Assembly: GCF_036321535.1 (NCBI RefSeq)
Contig: NC_087437.1
Coordinates: 76,076,001-76,140,000 of the forward strand
Source of the DNA: Camelus dromedarius
Lineage: Eukaryota
Length of the DNA stretch: 64,000 nucleotides
Direction: 5' to 3'
The notes beneath the pieces are model-generated. The model was not told the origin of the DNA. It was given only the letters and a program-made list of their open reading frames with translations, and did no database searches. Both the position numbers and the translations under genes were made by a program. This document shows, in pieces, positions 25,901 through 40,230 of the stretch (positions are counted from its first letter, which is position 1; every line of letters begins with the position of its first letter).

Positions 25901-27883
25901 ATTTGAAGACTGTCACTGAAGACAGCTCTCTTTTATAGACATTGTTCTATGCATCTTTTAGCTGAAAAGAAACTACCAAATGAAAAAAAGGTACATGTTT
26001 AGATATTAGGAAATGTATTTCTATCAAACAGACGTCTTAATTTTGAAAATAATTCTGCATGTAATATGTTATGATAATTTTAGAAAGAGTTTTTTTAGTA
26101 ATATCCTGAGTAAGAGATATTTTAAGAAAAGTTTTGAAATGGCCCTTACTAACAATCTGTTATCAAGAGCAATTTGTAAAAAGGAGAATCTTATTATAAT
26201 GGAGACACGCTTTGATGTTAATCAGTATTATTTTCATTCTCCAACAGGCTGACAATTTTTTAACTTTTGGCTGTGCTCTTAATTTTGGGAGAAAACTATA
26301 CAATGCAGTTAAAGAGGAAATGAATAATATAGTTCTTATGGTTTTGGGGTGTGTGGTGGGGAGTGGGTGGGCAATGAAGCAAAAATGCTGGGGTATAAAG
26401 GAAATGTAGAATAAAAGCTTTTTATAAACAGATTTTAAATGGTCATTTTACTAGAAATTGAGCTTTTAGACACAGTATATGAAAACTCCAAGAAAACTCT
26501 TTGCTTGAATCAAACAAATCTCACTGTCACTGCATCCCACACAAAGTTGTGTTACTGTGCAACTCCTTGCATTACTTCTATAAGGAATATTTTCTCTACC
26601 AACTTGCTCTCTTATCTTCCTCATCAAAATTCTGCTAAAAATTAATGAATATGGAACTCCTCTTACTAACCTCGGTAACTCGATTTAGGAATAGTCATAC
26701 TTATTTAGAACTCTAACTTTCTTCTTCATTCAAAATCACAAACTTTAAAGATTATCCAATTTAATAGTCTCACTGAAAGAAGAGGATATTCTGGTCCAAA
26801 TTAAGAGTTTTGCTCAAGGTCCCAGAACTAGTTCAAGGTGAAAGAGCTAGGACTATAAAACAAAAGTCATCCTTGGGGTTAATTTTTCATTTTCATTCAT
26901 CATTGAGAAACTCTAAAAGGTAACATTTAATAATAACTGAAGTTTATTCACTTAATATTTTTCTAAAACAACAAAGCAAACCATTGACACTTTTCACAAA
27001 GTACAAAAATGTCATTTCACTAAAATTCAAATCATTAAATTTGTTTCATTAAAATGACCAACAGCCATTCAACATTTAAAACAAATATCCTGAGCATGTG
27101 CTGCTTCGCCAAGCACCTTAAAAAAAGGCAAAACGATATATGAAAACTAAGGAATTCAGACCTATGAGAAAATTCATCATAAGTTCATAATATTATCCTG
27201 AAAAGGTTTAATTAACTCACCACACCACATTGCAGATTACAGTACTTAGTAAAAACGAAACAAAACAAACAAACAAAACCATAGTCTATATTCTTCCTCT
27301 GTTGTAGCGCCTTTTTTATATCATCTGCAACTTCAACCTCTAAATAATTCACAACTTACACTGAAGGTGTATCTTATCTTGAGAAATTGGTGAGAGTACA
27401 GCACAACACTGATTCAGAAATACTATAAATGTTCTATAAAGTTCCCATCTGGACTACAAAACATTTTCAACGTAGGTTCTTTCCATGAAATGCCACATTC
27501 AACTATGCTTGAAAACTGCAATTGTATTTTCTAGATCCTCTAACTTAAAATACCATTTTGTGTCACATGTCTCTACAAAGCAGCTAGCACCTTTCTATTA
27601 ATAGGTCAAATCCTTCCAATACTTATTTTTCAAATTGTAATTGCAGAATAAAAATAATCATTCTCAAATAACCTGAGCTAAGAATTATGTAAGAATACAT
27701 AAAATAATTAATGCATTTATTTTACACTTGGGGTCCTAAGGTAAAGAGATCCTTAAGGTTTCACATAAGTGACTCTAAAACATCTTTTCTACTTCTCAAT
27801 TCAATATTCCAGACATAAGTTTACATTTCATCTGAAAATCATCAAACATCTCCAATTTGCCAAGTTTTAATAATGAGTTTTAT

Positions 27884-28324
27884 GGACATTATATTAAGTG
27901 AAATAAGCCAGGCAGAGAAAAGAGTATATTTTTTGTCTCACTTATATGTGGAATCTACAAAAAAAAAAAAAATTGAACTCATAGAAACAAAGTGTAAAAT
28001 GGTGATTGCCAGGGACTGAGGAGTGGCAGAAATGAGGAACCACAAATTTTCAGTTATAAGATAAGTAAGTTCTGGGGATCTAATGTATAGCATGGCGACT
28101 ATAGTTAATAATACTGTATTATATACTTGAAATATGCTAGAGAGTAGACGTAAAGCAGTCTCACCAAACAAAAAAATGATAACTGTGAGGTGATAGATGT
28201 GTTCATTAATTTGATTATGGTAATTATTTCAAGGTATATTTATATCAAATCATCATGTTGTATACCTTAAATATATACAGTTTATTTGTCAATTATACCT
28301 CAGTAAGGTTGAAAAAAATTTTTA
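27884..28324 (+). mobile_element. 5'-truncated L1 (L1MA9-like) 3' end
   Basis: ggacattatattaagtgaaataagccagg...cacttatatgtggaatct...gtcaattatacctcagtaagg; TSD aatgagttttat at 27872-27883 and 28325-28336. Confidence 0.92.
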
Positions 28325-30196
28325 AATGAGTTTTATCAAATGATCATAATTTAGTGTTTAGTATTTTTCCCAACCATATAAATTTTTCTGTACCTATCAG
28401 AGATGAAGAGTCACAAGTAAAAACTTGGAAGATAGGCGATTTTTAAGAAAAGGATCTCAGAAAACAGAATCGTAAAAGTAACCTGGGTTTCCAACCAAAA
28501 TACAACTTATTCTTTTAATACACTCTTCCATTGTGAATGTTTAGTTATGCCAGAGACTTATCAACACTCTCTTTCTCCCTAAATATTTACAGCAACAGTC
28601 TCTCAAGGAGACAAATCAGTTTGCAGTCCTACATGGATCTAAAAAAATGTGTGAATAGTTGTATACCACTGCACTCAGTTTTACAGTTCCTAAAAGTCTT
28701 TTGGGACATCATTTTCAACACACTTCTGGCTTTGTCCATTTCATTCTTTGGATTGATTTTCTTTGATGAACTAAAGCATTTATCGCTTTACAAAATTACA
28801 ATTTTTTTTTCATCTTGTGAACAATATTGAGATATTCCCCTTGTCATGTCAACCTTGAGATGAAGATTCAATGTTTCCTTTGAGGATCACAGAAATAATT
28901 CAGGAGAAAAATACTAAACATATTATCACTTAAGCTTTCATATTAACAATCTCATTAGTGTTTAGGCTCAAATCTGTCCAAATTGCAACATAAGATTATA
29001 CTACATGTGAACTTCAAAACTTCAAGTTACAGACAGAAGTTCTTATTATAGCAGTCAAAGTCTAATCTGAATGCTTATTTTTATTTCTCTACACTACCCA
29101 AACCAAGTAACTTTTGTTGGGCAACTGCAGACACTCAGCTGAGTCAATGAACTTATTTCAGACAGCTGCTTCTTGATTGTGAACCTAAATCTATTTTTGC
29201 TGAAGGAAATGCAGGTTATACAAAGAGAAATAAAAATTAGGATCCAAAATTTTTTAAATGTTCCCAAAAGAAAGGCCTCCAACTTAGCACAGTTTGAGAA
29301 TGAAGAAACAGCCATCTGAAATATATATGAAAATCTCATTTAACCAGAAAACAACTAATAAATATTCCTCAATTAGCCACACTTGGGGGGGGGAGCGCTT
29401 TTACAAAAAGTCGCAAATTATAAAAATAAGCTAACATCAATCTAAAAACAAAAAACAAAAACAATGTTCCAGAATGTCTTAGGCAGGAGGTAGAGAGGTT
29501 TTTGGTGTTGGTAGTAGGCAATTCATTGGATGTCAGTACCTACTTCTTTAAATCTCTCACCTCTTCTACATATCACATATTTTCAAACTGTAAAATAAGT
29601 GTTAATTACTAGAGTGATGACACCAAGATCATCTTCCCATTAAAAAATAAGCATCACTTACTATTAAGAAATTCAGTTACATATAGCATTTCTACAATGA
29701 TTTACAAATATGAAAACTCTTCTAGCTAACTTTCATTGAGTAAGAAAGATTAACCAAAATTATTCTTTTCTATATATTCCAGTTTATCTTATAATTTTTA
29801 TTCTAGGAAACTGGGACATTGATTTCATTTGTTATACTCCAAATTACTATTTGATAGGAAATATAATCTCTTCCCATTTATTCTGAATCGATTTAAAATA
29901 TATCAATGACCCAAATTTTGTCAATTGACATTTTCCTCTAAATGATCAGAAAAGAGCATCTTCTCAACTGAGAAATAGCCAGGTCTAACGTCTAACACAT
30001 AACACCTTAATCAAACTCAAACTCAAGTGTACTGACATACATATAGTTATATATATAAGAATATGCGTGAATATACTCCTAATTTGGATCCATTTAATAA
30101 TTCTTAAGAAAAGAATCTATGACAAATCAAGTAAGGAATAAAACATTCATCTGTTCTCCATTTCATGCTTCATGAGTCAGAGCAAGGGAGTAGGAA

Positions 30197-30390
30197 GGGC
30201 TTGGACTTGGCAGTCAGATAGGCATGGCTATGAATTTTTATCACTATTAGTTGTCTAATTTAAGAGACTCTCTGTTACTCATCTATAAAAGTAGGCTAGT
30301 ACCTACCTTCATAGCATGGTTAAGAATGGAAACAGATAATACAGAAAATCACTTTTAGAATACCTCACATATGCTGCTTTAAATATTTAC
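30197..30390 (+). mobile_element. MIR SINE remnant
   Basis: ggacttggcagtcagatagg...actcatctataaaagtagg...agtacctacc. Confidence 0.55.
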
Positions 30391-32163
30391 CTTTAAAAAA
30401 AAAAAAAAAAGCATGAATGAATGTATTTCCTTTTTTCTTCAAGCTCTTTGGCACCACCTAACCCCAAGAGATGATTACAGTAACTTGTTTCTAAGTGATA
30501 ATCTCCATTTCCAAACCAATCTCTATCAGTAGATTTATTCAGTCATGCTTTAAGCCTTTCATTCTCTGAATCCAAACTTTTCAGTGACACTTCAAAGTCT
30601 ACTCTCAGAAATTAGTTCCTTAGATAGGCGTTCCACATCTTTTTTGTGCCCCTCCTACCCCCACTCTCACACTCACACACACAAAATCTGGCCTCAAATT
30701 TCCTTTGCCTTTCTCTATATCCCCAAAGATGTATTCAAAGCCAAGCTTCCTGCATTGCGGACTTTCTTGCGTCTCTATTTGTCCAGAGATCCCTTATTTA
30801 AAATGCCGCTTCTTTGTCTCCATGTAAGTGAAAATAATACCCCCTTCCTGCAAATGTCTTAATTCCCTATAGCATGAGCCATAAACTTCCTTGTGACTCT
30901 CTTCTGTTACTGTCTTGGATGATTATTTTAAATCTGTGACTCAGCCTCTTATCATTTTTATCTCCACCACAGACACAGCTACAGTACCATCAGTAGCCTC
31001 TTAACCATTGACACGGAGTCATTACAGAGAAAGTTCCCCACTGAAAATCACAGATTCAAATCCTGTAAGTTAAACTTGTCCAGGTTTATCCTCCCCATAA
31101 CTATAAACTCTAAATGAAGGAGAGGGGATGAGATAGGGCAGATATCTCTTATGGGTCTTTCATCTCCCCAGAAAAATGCAAACAGGAGAACACAATACAA
31201 CCATGATTTCACCATCCTTACTATATACAAAGAGTAAAAAAGAGCCAGAACATCTCAATGAAAACTGTCTTTGAAATTCTTTAAATGCAAATCATTTTAA
31301 ACAGATCAACAACAACAACAATCTCTGGCACATTTTTTAAAGTTTGAAGGAAAAAGAAACATACTCAAACAATCCTTGAGTTAGCTCCAGTAAGAGCAGA
31401 AGAAAGGCTATCTTGACACGCTTTAATCCCGAGAGAACAGCTGACTGGATGATTCCATTTGGTGAAAATCAGACTCACTCTTGCCCTGGCACTGAGATCT
31501 GGAAGTTCTCTGACTCAAGTGTTCCAGAGCACCAACTTCCCTAGCTCCAGTCATTCTTCACAGTTGACAGGGTACTAACTGACGGACACACAAACTCTGC
31601 GTTTACAGGGCAGCTTGAAACTCAGAAAGTAATGCTGCCATCCACCTCGTGTAAGGGTTAAATAACAGCAAATAACTATAAATCGATGAAAATGGCAGCC
31701 AAGATTCCTCTAAGCTCGAAACAGACCTTAACCTAAGGGCAATGATGCCATCATTCAAACGAGACATGATGCCTGGCTGGCACGGGAAAGGGAATGAAGC
31801 ATCCACCAGCAAAGCACAAAAGAAACATACAGATTCCGAGGAAGATCTGGTGGGAGAAACAGTTGGCATAGACACAGAAGAAAACCATATTTAGTGATCT
31901 TAGCATTAAGATGGTTAGGTGAGCTTCTTAGGAGTCCCAATCCCTCAAAACAATCATTAATATTAAAGTGCAGCTACTCTACTTTCTGTTCTACTGTTTT
32001 GATAAAAGAAGACTCAGTCATTTATTTTTCAGATTTAATAAAATCTAGTTAGACTTTTAGAAATCTGGATTTAGCAACTAAGATAATGAATGGAATTAGC
32101 TTTGGAAAAAGATTCATTGCTCATTTCTTTTTCCTCAAAATTACAGACCCATTTGAACATTTC

Positions 32164-32214
32164 ACTGTCTTTTTTATCCAGATATAAACTGTCTTTTTTA
32201 ACCAGATATAAACT
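32164..32214. repeat. 24-bp tandem duplication
   Basis: actgtcttttttatccagatataa (32164-32187) followed by actgtcttttttaaccagatataa (32188-32211), one mismatch. Confidence 0.9.
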
Positions 32215-34383
32215 CCTAGACAAAATGAATAGTGCTATTCCAGCAACACCTACATTTGAATGAGTTATTGAAAACTATTTTAATAAGATGTTTTTTAGTA
32301 ATATAGATAAATCTGTATTTTGCATAATTACATGACTACACAAAAGCTCAACTTTGAATTTACTTATAAATATCTCTACTAACTTTGCTGTGTAATAGAT
32401 ATAAAACAAGAGTAAAAATTAAATGAGTTCAAAATTTATTAATTTAGCATTTAAAAATTCCTCTTCCAAAAGCTAAGCACACTCAATGCAAATTCCGTAG
32501 AAAATGCATTTCCTAGTTCCCAAAGGAAAATTTTGTATCACATGTTCATATACATTTATAAATTTTCTACTGTATTTAAACATGATCCAACTTATTAATA
32601 CAATGGAGTATTTTTAATATTTGCTGCAACTTAATCATTAGAGAATATATGGTTCTTTTTCAAAAGACATTAAACTGAAATACTTAATGAATGCTGTAGG
32701 TTTTCAGAAGCACTTTCAAGCTTGTCTAAATTAATAAAATACTAAGTGAATCAGTACTACAAAAGAAACTTATCACTGACAGGTTAAAATATTAATGCAA
32801 ATACTTAATAGGTCAAACCTTTTACATTAATCAAAGACATAATACAAGAGTGGTTTAAGTAAGCATTCTCCTATCAGCAAAGTCATGTCAGGTAATTTAT
32901 CCCATTTTTCCCTTATAAGCATAAAAGGATGTTTCTCTCCTTACATTCCTGAGAAACAAAAAGTAATCTGTTCTTCTAGAGAGAGGATGGTATTAACTAC
33001 TTCTTTCAATAATACATTTGGCATAATATGTTTTTGTAGAATTTTGTCAAGTAAGCAGGTAGGAGGGGTGAATTATCTTAGGTAGCCTGACTTCTTGCTC
33101 CTTATGGCAGGATAGCCCAATAAATCTCGGGTGTTTTACACGTATTGAGGCTGGAGGTAAGGTGGCAGGTTAACAACTGGTATTTCAATAAGTATTTAAC
33201 GTTAAAAAAAAAAAAAAACTACAAAGATTTTTAAAATTCCATGTAGAATCAAGTTAATGTTATTAAAAATAAATCCTCATTTAAAAAGTACCCCCCCACA
33301 CACCCTTAGCCTAAAATTTGCCTGTCTTACACGGGATTTTTCATAAAGCAAATTCACAATATCACAACAAGTTTAGATTATTTTATGTTCCTTAGTAAAA
33401 GAAAGAGCCTCCTTAATCTTGGTTAATAATTAAATAGACAGCTCTCTGGCCAGGGCCCTAAGGAGTGATTGGGCAGTGTTTACAAGTCATAGAAAGTTAA
33501 GACAGGTTGTGTCTCTTGCTCCGTGTAGTCTGCTCTCTGGCTTATTTTGCCTTTGATCCACAGGGTTCAGCAGTACTTACAAAATGAACTCTGGACAAGT
33601 AAGAGGTTCAGGAAACATCAGTCATATGAGAATTCAGAGAGTCAGGTAACTCTATGAAAGGGTTTATAGCATGAATCAGTCTTAGAGTGGGTGTCCCTGC
33701 AATAGCTATGAGAAGATGGCGTGCAGGTAGCAAGGGAAGCTCAGGTCTCACCATTTACCTTGGGTTGAGGGGTTCCTAGCAAAGAAACCACAGGAGAAAG
33801 GAACTTGCTGCAGCACCAGATGAAGACAGACCCACTGACTTCAAGGATCGACAACACTCAAAACCAACAGTTAAAACCAACACTGACTCAAAGATAGTAG
33901 CTCGTGCGTGAAAAAAGACGCAGCGTTAAGTTGCACAGCAAGTAACAAGGGTAGGACAAACTGCCCTGGTCACAGCTGTGGGGCTGGAGGAAGAGAAGGA
34001 GGAGAAGAGGCCAGGACTCAAGATTTTACACTGAATAATGCCTGGCTGCCTGGTGAATGAAACTGGGAAGCCAAAGGCATTCATTACATTTTCTCAAAGA
34101 AAGATAAATGTATTCTTCTTCTAGAACAAATCAAATCTAAATAACAATGGAGGAAGGGAAGTTCAATGCTCGCCCCACTTGCTGGGGTTATGAGAGATAA
34201 TAACTGGCAAGTTGCTGGGACACAGTTATAGGCCTAACACCCAGTAAGGTAGATGGACTCAGGCTTTGGTAGTGGTGCCCAGACATTCCGTGAGAAACTA
34301 TTTTTATTTCAATTGAAGACAGAACACAAAAGGTTGGAGTCAAAAGGATTCTTACAGATCACCATCTACCACTCTCATTTTGC

Positions 34384-34430
34384 CAAAAAAAAACAAAAAA
34401 CAAAAACAAAAACAAAAACAAAAACAAAAC
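34384..34430 (+). repeat. (CAAAAA)n-type A-rich microsatellite inside a MIR3-like remnant
   Basis: caaaaaaaaacaaaaaacaaaaacaaaacaaaaacaaaaacaaaac seen directly. Confidence 0.85.
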
Positions 34431-35389
34431 CCAGCGCGAAGCTCAAGAAGAAATGACTACTTACGGTTTACAAAGCTACCCGTAGTTAGAACTGTTTACA
34501 GGGCACGATTTTTGCCCATTGCTTTTAGGGTAATTATTATTGCTGAGCAGGAAAAAGGCATTTCAGTCCTTACTGCATTTACATCTTTCCTTCATTCAAT
34601 AAACATCTATTGAATAATAAGTACTAGGCATTAGACTAGAGCCTGGTAGACTTCCCTGGAAAACCTCAGAAAATGAATGTGGCAGATAATGTTACCAAGT
34701 TTGACAACAGGCAACACACTGAAGTCAATCAACTAAAATTGCAGACCACTGAGTACAAACTGTCAGGTTAGGAGGAACTGTGATATAAAAACTGGACTGG
34801 ATCATGCAAGTATAATGAGATACCAAAAGAACCAATGGTTGAGAAAAACAGAAGCAGGTGAAGGACGAAAAAGGGAAAAGAGTGGCAAATACAAGTTACG
34901 TTTGAGTAAAACTTCTGGGATTTTTGCAACACAGAACAAAACACAGGTTAAATCACCACAGCTTGCAAACAGTCCTCTGTGGGTCACTCTTTCTCTATCT
35001 CAACTCAAATTAAGGGGGAAAAAATCAGATCAGTAAAAAAAGTGTACATTTCTCTGCCCAAACTGTCTTTAGAAGTCAAGAATAGCTGACAATTTTCATT
35101 TAATATAGAACATTGCATTAATATGATGTAGTTTTCCTGGGAGAAAAAACTTAGCTAGCAAACATAACTCAGCTATTTCAGGATGTCTAGACTTATCTGG
35201 GTTTAAGAAAAGGTATGAGTGACCATTGGAAAACTAAGAGAAATAAAAATAGCTGCTGCAAAGGATAAAACTAAGAAAAAAAGTTCATCAGGATTACTGT
35301 TAAAATGGTGTTATAGGCAACTTACAAAATTCTTTAAACAAAAATTTAATGATTCTAAAGACCTATACAGTAGACACAGAACAAGAACA

Positions 35390-35995
35390 CACTCAGCTGG
35401 AGGGAGGATAAATGTAACAAGTTCTGTAGGAATCCATCTGCCACTGTCCTATAGATTTTGCAGTTGGACATACCCTTTGACCCAGCAGTTCTACCCCTGA
35501 ACATGTATCCTAGAGAAATAATATATGCATAAAGAGGCATGAACAGGACTGTCAAGACTTTTTCCTCTGCAGCTTTATCTCTCATAACACAAAAACTGGA
35601 AACAATCTAAATAGTCATCAAAAGAAAGTGGATAAATAAATTGTAGACAATGAAAATACAACTGTGATCATAAATGACTCAAACATACTGAGCGGCAACA
35701 TAGGTGTTGCAAAAGAAAACATACACCATTATTAGTTGTATAAAATTCAGAAACAAGTAAAACAATGTAGGATATACATAAAACTATAAAGAAAAACTAT
35801 AAAACTATAAAAAAAAAAGAAAAAGGAAGTAATATACTGAACATCCAGGGTTGTGGTGGTGGTTAAAGAGAGGTGATGGAATGTGGACCAGGCATAGCTC
35901 TGTTTCCTAAGTTAGTGGCAGGTACTCAGTTATTCATGTTAATGTTAGTCTCCGTATCCTATTCACATATTATAAATATTCTTTGTATATACAGC
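35390..35995 (+). mobile_element. Old L1 (L1MD/L1ME-like) ORF2 end plus 3'-UTR remnant
   Basis: cataccctttgacccagcagttctacccctg...tatcctagagaaata...aaaactggaaacaatctaaat...ggataaataaattg. Confidence 0.75.
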
Positions 35996-36094
35996 ATTTT
36001 CTAAATACTATGGGTTTACTTTTCTTTTTAAAAAGCTCTCGGAAATCACACTATATTTAACAAACTATTTTAAAGCTACTTTTTAAGTATCTGC

Positions 36095-36290
36095 AAGTAA
36101 CAAGTACCTAGCATGCACTCAGGACTTTATAAAATTATCTCTCTTAACTCACACAACAACTCTTTGAGGTAAATATTTTCGTATTTAGTTTACATAGGAA
36201 GAAACGGAGATTCAGTTTTGTCATGTAGATTGTCCAACATTACACAGTTAGCAGAGGTGGGATTCAAACCATATCCAACTTCCGGTGTGT
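36095..36290 (-). mobile_element. MIR SINE
   Basis: attatctctcttaactcacacaacaactctttgaggta...cacagttagcagaggtgggattcaaacc. Confidence 0.65.
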
Positions 36291-38406
36291 CTGTAGGTAG
36301 GATCACCCAAAATACAACAGCACAAATAAACTTCCAATACAAACACAAAACTGACATGTTACACTGCAGTTTACTATATGAATTCATCTTAGCATTTATA
36401 ATCCATCCGTAGATCATATTTTAATAGTTTGTATTAATTTTATGTCATAGTATATCATTATTACTTCATAATCACAATTTACCCTTACAAATCTATAAAT
36501 TCTAAAACCAGCAACAGATACCTAGTATGTTTATGGAAAGTCTCAATTTGGCTGTACTTCTTTTCATACCTTGAATTTCTCTAAGACTGGGAATTTAAGG
36601 AAAGTTAGCTGTTGTAAGCTGAAACTCAGCACTCTCATTTCACTGCCTTCCCATCAGGGACTCACTCACAGGCAAGCAAACAGGCTTGCCAAGCCCCACA
36701 GAAATTACTCACTTCCACCCTCTTTTTCCTCATATTTCTTCCAATAATACTTCAAAACCTAATTTTAAACTCATGCAGGAAACCCGATTAATACCACCTG
36801 GTTTTCTCTACTCTATTAACTCTGGGCCTCTTCAGCAAACATACAACACAACTCATTTATATAATTATTTTGTCAGCTTATTTCTTGTTTTCACTGGCAT
36901 GTGTCCAAGCCTGCAAGACCCACTGAGAAGTGTTTACAAGTTTACTTCTTCTGAGCTATGCCCTAACTCATTCTTCTTCACCAAAAGCACCACCAACTGT
37001 GCTCTGTAAACAGTAGTCACTTAATAAATGCTGATTGACTTACTACAGTGGAACAATTCGCCTCTGGTATTTCTCAATATCCCAGTGAATCCTCCACATC
37101 TACAAACATGCTGGAGATGAAACCAGGTACTGCTAGAGGCTTGGGGTCTTCCTGAGGGTGCCTGGGACAAGAAAAACACAGAGAGACCAAAGACAGTCAG
37201 GAGAAACACAGAGAGAGGGAACATGGAAATAAACAGAGGATAGCATAGAGAGAGAAGAGCCAAAGAGTCAGGAGTTTAGAGAGATTAAGCAGCCAGAGAC
37301 ACTCAGAGACAGGGAGGAGGTCAGCAATCTGAACCTGGGGTTTGGGTCAGAAACCACATTTCTGGTATCATTTACTCCAAGAAGAGATGCCTTCATGGTG
37401 CTCAATTCATGATATAATCAACCACTTCGAAGTTATTTCTAAGGTTTTTCTGAGCTTGTATCTTTATTACAATTCATCTTTACGTGGTAGCATCTTTGGA
37501 GATACATACACACAGATACAAACACAATTCTCAAAACAACCTATCTGTAAATAAGGAAATATTTTTCCAATTCTTCAAATTAGAAAATGGTAGTTCAGAG
37601 ATACAATGTGACTTTTCCAAGGTTACAAGCAAAACCCAGTGCTTTTTCTGATATCCTATGTTCTCTACTAGAAATGAATCATATATAAATCCAAACTATT
37701 TTTATAAAATAAAATTCAAACTGCACATTCAAGATAAGATGTTCTATCTTTTCAGACAATGAACTTCTCGGGTTCAATAGGATACTTGACTTCAGAGCTT
37801 CAATATTTTAAAAAATCTATCAGAGAAAAATAAATTAGAATGAGAATATAGCAGAATAATGGAAACTTTCAAACAGAAATGAAATTATGTTAATAGGCAC
37901 TTAACAAAATTTTAACATTTAAAAAAGGAGCTAGAGTTAGTTCATTGCTTTTACAACTATAATTTCAAAGTTTTAATGATTCAACACATTTCAGTTGAAA
38001 GATCAGAAGCGCCAAATTTCAATGAGTTCTTAGATCTAAACGCTAGTAGTAAACCTTGTTCTTTAACAATGTCTCATCTAAAGTCTACACTACAGTTCTA
38101 TTTCAGGGTACCACATAGAGTAGAAATGACTTAATGCACTGCTCTTTGTAAGCAACAGTATTTTCTCTTGAGGGATAATGATACTCTTCTAAATAATCAT
38201 GCCCTTTTGGAAGCAATCAATTGTAATCAATTTTCTGTAATTGCCAGAAAAGTTCCTTTGATACAAGTAAAATAAGCATGTTATTGGATTTCACAGCAAG
38301 ACAAGATAATAAGAATACAAAGAAATTTCTATTCAATTGTGCATCATATATTTTTTCACGTTCAACAATTTTTTAAATTGTTAAATCAGGCCTAAGTATA
38401 GTACTG

Positions 38407-38425
38407 CTCTGCCCTCTAGTGACTG
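38407..38425 (-). promoter_or_regulatory. CTCF-like core motif
   Basis: Minus strand CAGTCACTAGAGGGCAGAG, a GC-rich motif in very AT-rich unique sequence; motif only. Confidence 0.45.
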
Positions 38426-39244
38426 GCTAGGTTTTGCTAACTACATGTTTTTATTTATTTTTTATATTGCTTTTTGAATAATACTTAGGATATTTTAAAC
38501 AATATATATGACAGCGCTTTTTCATATTTCAATAGTGATCAAAACATACTTTGTCAATTTTAAAATATGGCTTGTGGTATGAACACAAGGCAGGGAAGAG
38601 ACACAATTTCTTTTCAGAGGGATGGTACACCTAAGTACTACAAATAAAAAAATTAGTATCATCTATTCCAATCTTGATTCATATTTTTATGCAATTTTTT
38701 TGGAAAGGCCAAAGAATGCTGCTCAGTTTCTTTGTTAAAAACTTAACAAATTTCACAGCTATAAATCCCAAATTGGCTACTTCTATTATTTTGGACACTG
38801 AGGTATCAAGGCAAATGGTACTATATAAAACACGCACAGATGAACAATTTGTTAATTACAACAGAGCAAAGGTATGCCTAATACAAAACTATACTGAACA
38901 TCATTTACCTTTAATTGTTCAAGTGGCACCTGAGGATTTTCCTGAACCTCAGAGTCATCATTAAGAAACTGACTGTCACTTTATATGCAGAAATATTAAT
39001 CAAGGATGCCAGTTAAAGCATAGTTATTACACAGAGAGTCCCTGTAGTATTTTGACAAAGGAAACTTCTTTCCCTCTTAGTCTCTCTTGCCATAATCCTC
39101 TTGTAAGGAACCAATGCACTTCTAGAAAAGCATTTCTGCATTCACTAATCCCAAGCATACTACTTCTGTGTCTACACACATTAAAAAAATATCAATTTGT
39201 ACACCTCAATGTAAAAGGATACCCGAACATGTAGGGATAATCCA

Positions 39245-39810
39245 CAGGCAGTATGGTGGTGTGGTTAGGAGCCAGAGTTCCGGAGTCTGAATTCCAGCTC
39301 TGCCCCTTATTAGCAGTGTGGCCTTTGGCAGATTATTTCTTTGTGTTTCAAGTTTCCTCAGGTACAAAATGGGAATGAAAAGAGACACCTACCAATAGTC
39401 ATGTTTGTACCTTGGTAGGTATTTGGATTACACAGGTACGTATATGCATTTATCAAAATTCAGAGAATGTCTAAGATTTGAGCATTTCACTGAATGTAAA
39501 TTTTACATCAAAAGAAAAAAATTGCACATAAATACTGAGCTAGATAGATAATACACAGGCTTAAGTATTTAGGGGATTTGTAGAGATGTCTTTATTTTTC
39601 AATGCATCAAGAATAAGTTGGTTTGATGATAGATACACAGGTTATAGATATGTAATAAAGTAAGTATAGTAAAATGTTAATGGCCGAATATAGGTGGTGA
39701 GTGTATGAGTGTAATGCTATAGGTTTGAAAGTTATAAAGTAAAATGTTGGGGGAGGGAATACATCTATCTTTCATATAATTGATGTGAAGATTAAATAAA
39801 TACAAGAATT
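39245..39810 (+). mobile_element. MIR split by an old L1 3'-UTR fragment (~39395-39758)
   Basis: MIR head and core gtggttaggagc...agtttcctcaggtacaaaatggga...acacctacc; then L1 gcatttcactgaatgtaaattttacatcaa...gtaaaatgttggggg; the MIR resumes at acatctatc...gtgaagattaaat. Confidence 0.75.
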
Positions 39811-40007
39811 AAATATACAGAAGAGTGCAAATCAACAGTGTAGAATGGTAATACATTTAAGCAAATGAAAGTGATCTATTCTTCCCTAGTTGGAGGGAAA
39901 AGGTAAGAAAGTAATGAGGCATTGGGCTCCCAAACTGGAGTGAGTAGTTGCTGTAAAGGGTGTTAAAGCTCTAACCTCAAATACATCATTAAACTGCATG
40001 GACCATG

Positions 40008-40230
40008 TAGAGAACATGGTCTTTGAAAGTCAGAAAGAGCTGATTTGCATCCTGGCTCTGCTTTTAATTAGCCAAGAAGCTCAGACAATTTGTTTCAATG
40101 TTCCGGGCCTCAGTTCTCTCAGATATGAAATGAGAATAACAACACCTACATCTAAGGGTCATTGGGAAGATTAGGAAAGAACACACATACATACACATAG
40201 AGAGAAATTAGCACATAAAATGTAAATAAT
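40008..40230 (+). mobile_element. MIR SINE
   Basis: tttgaaagtcaga...tcctggctctgc...gcctcagttctctcagatatgaaatgagaataacaacacctac. Confidence 0.75.

Noticed and set aside
27095..27116. Second U6-like fragment (reverse complement gtgcttggcgaagcagcacat)
   Set aside because: The middle does not match U6, there is no TSD, and the context (cattcaac...ctgagcatgtgct...ccaagcac) fits an L2/MIR tail remnant.
37150..37330. Purine-rich GA stretch, possibly an old LTR
   Set aside because: I could not assign a family or boundaries by eye; it may be plain low-complexity sequence.
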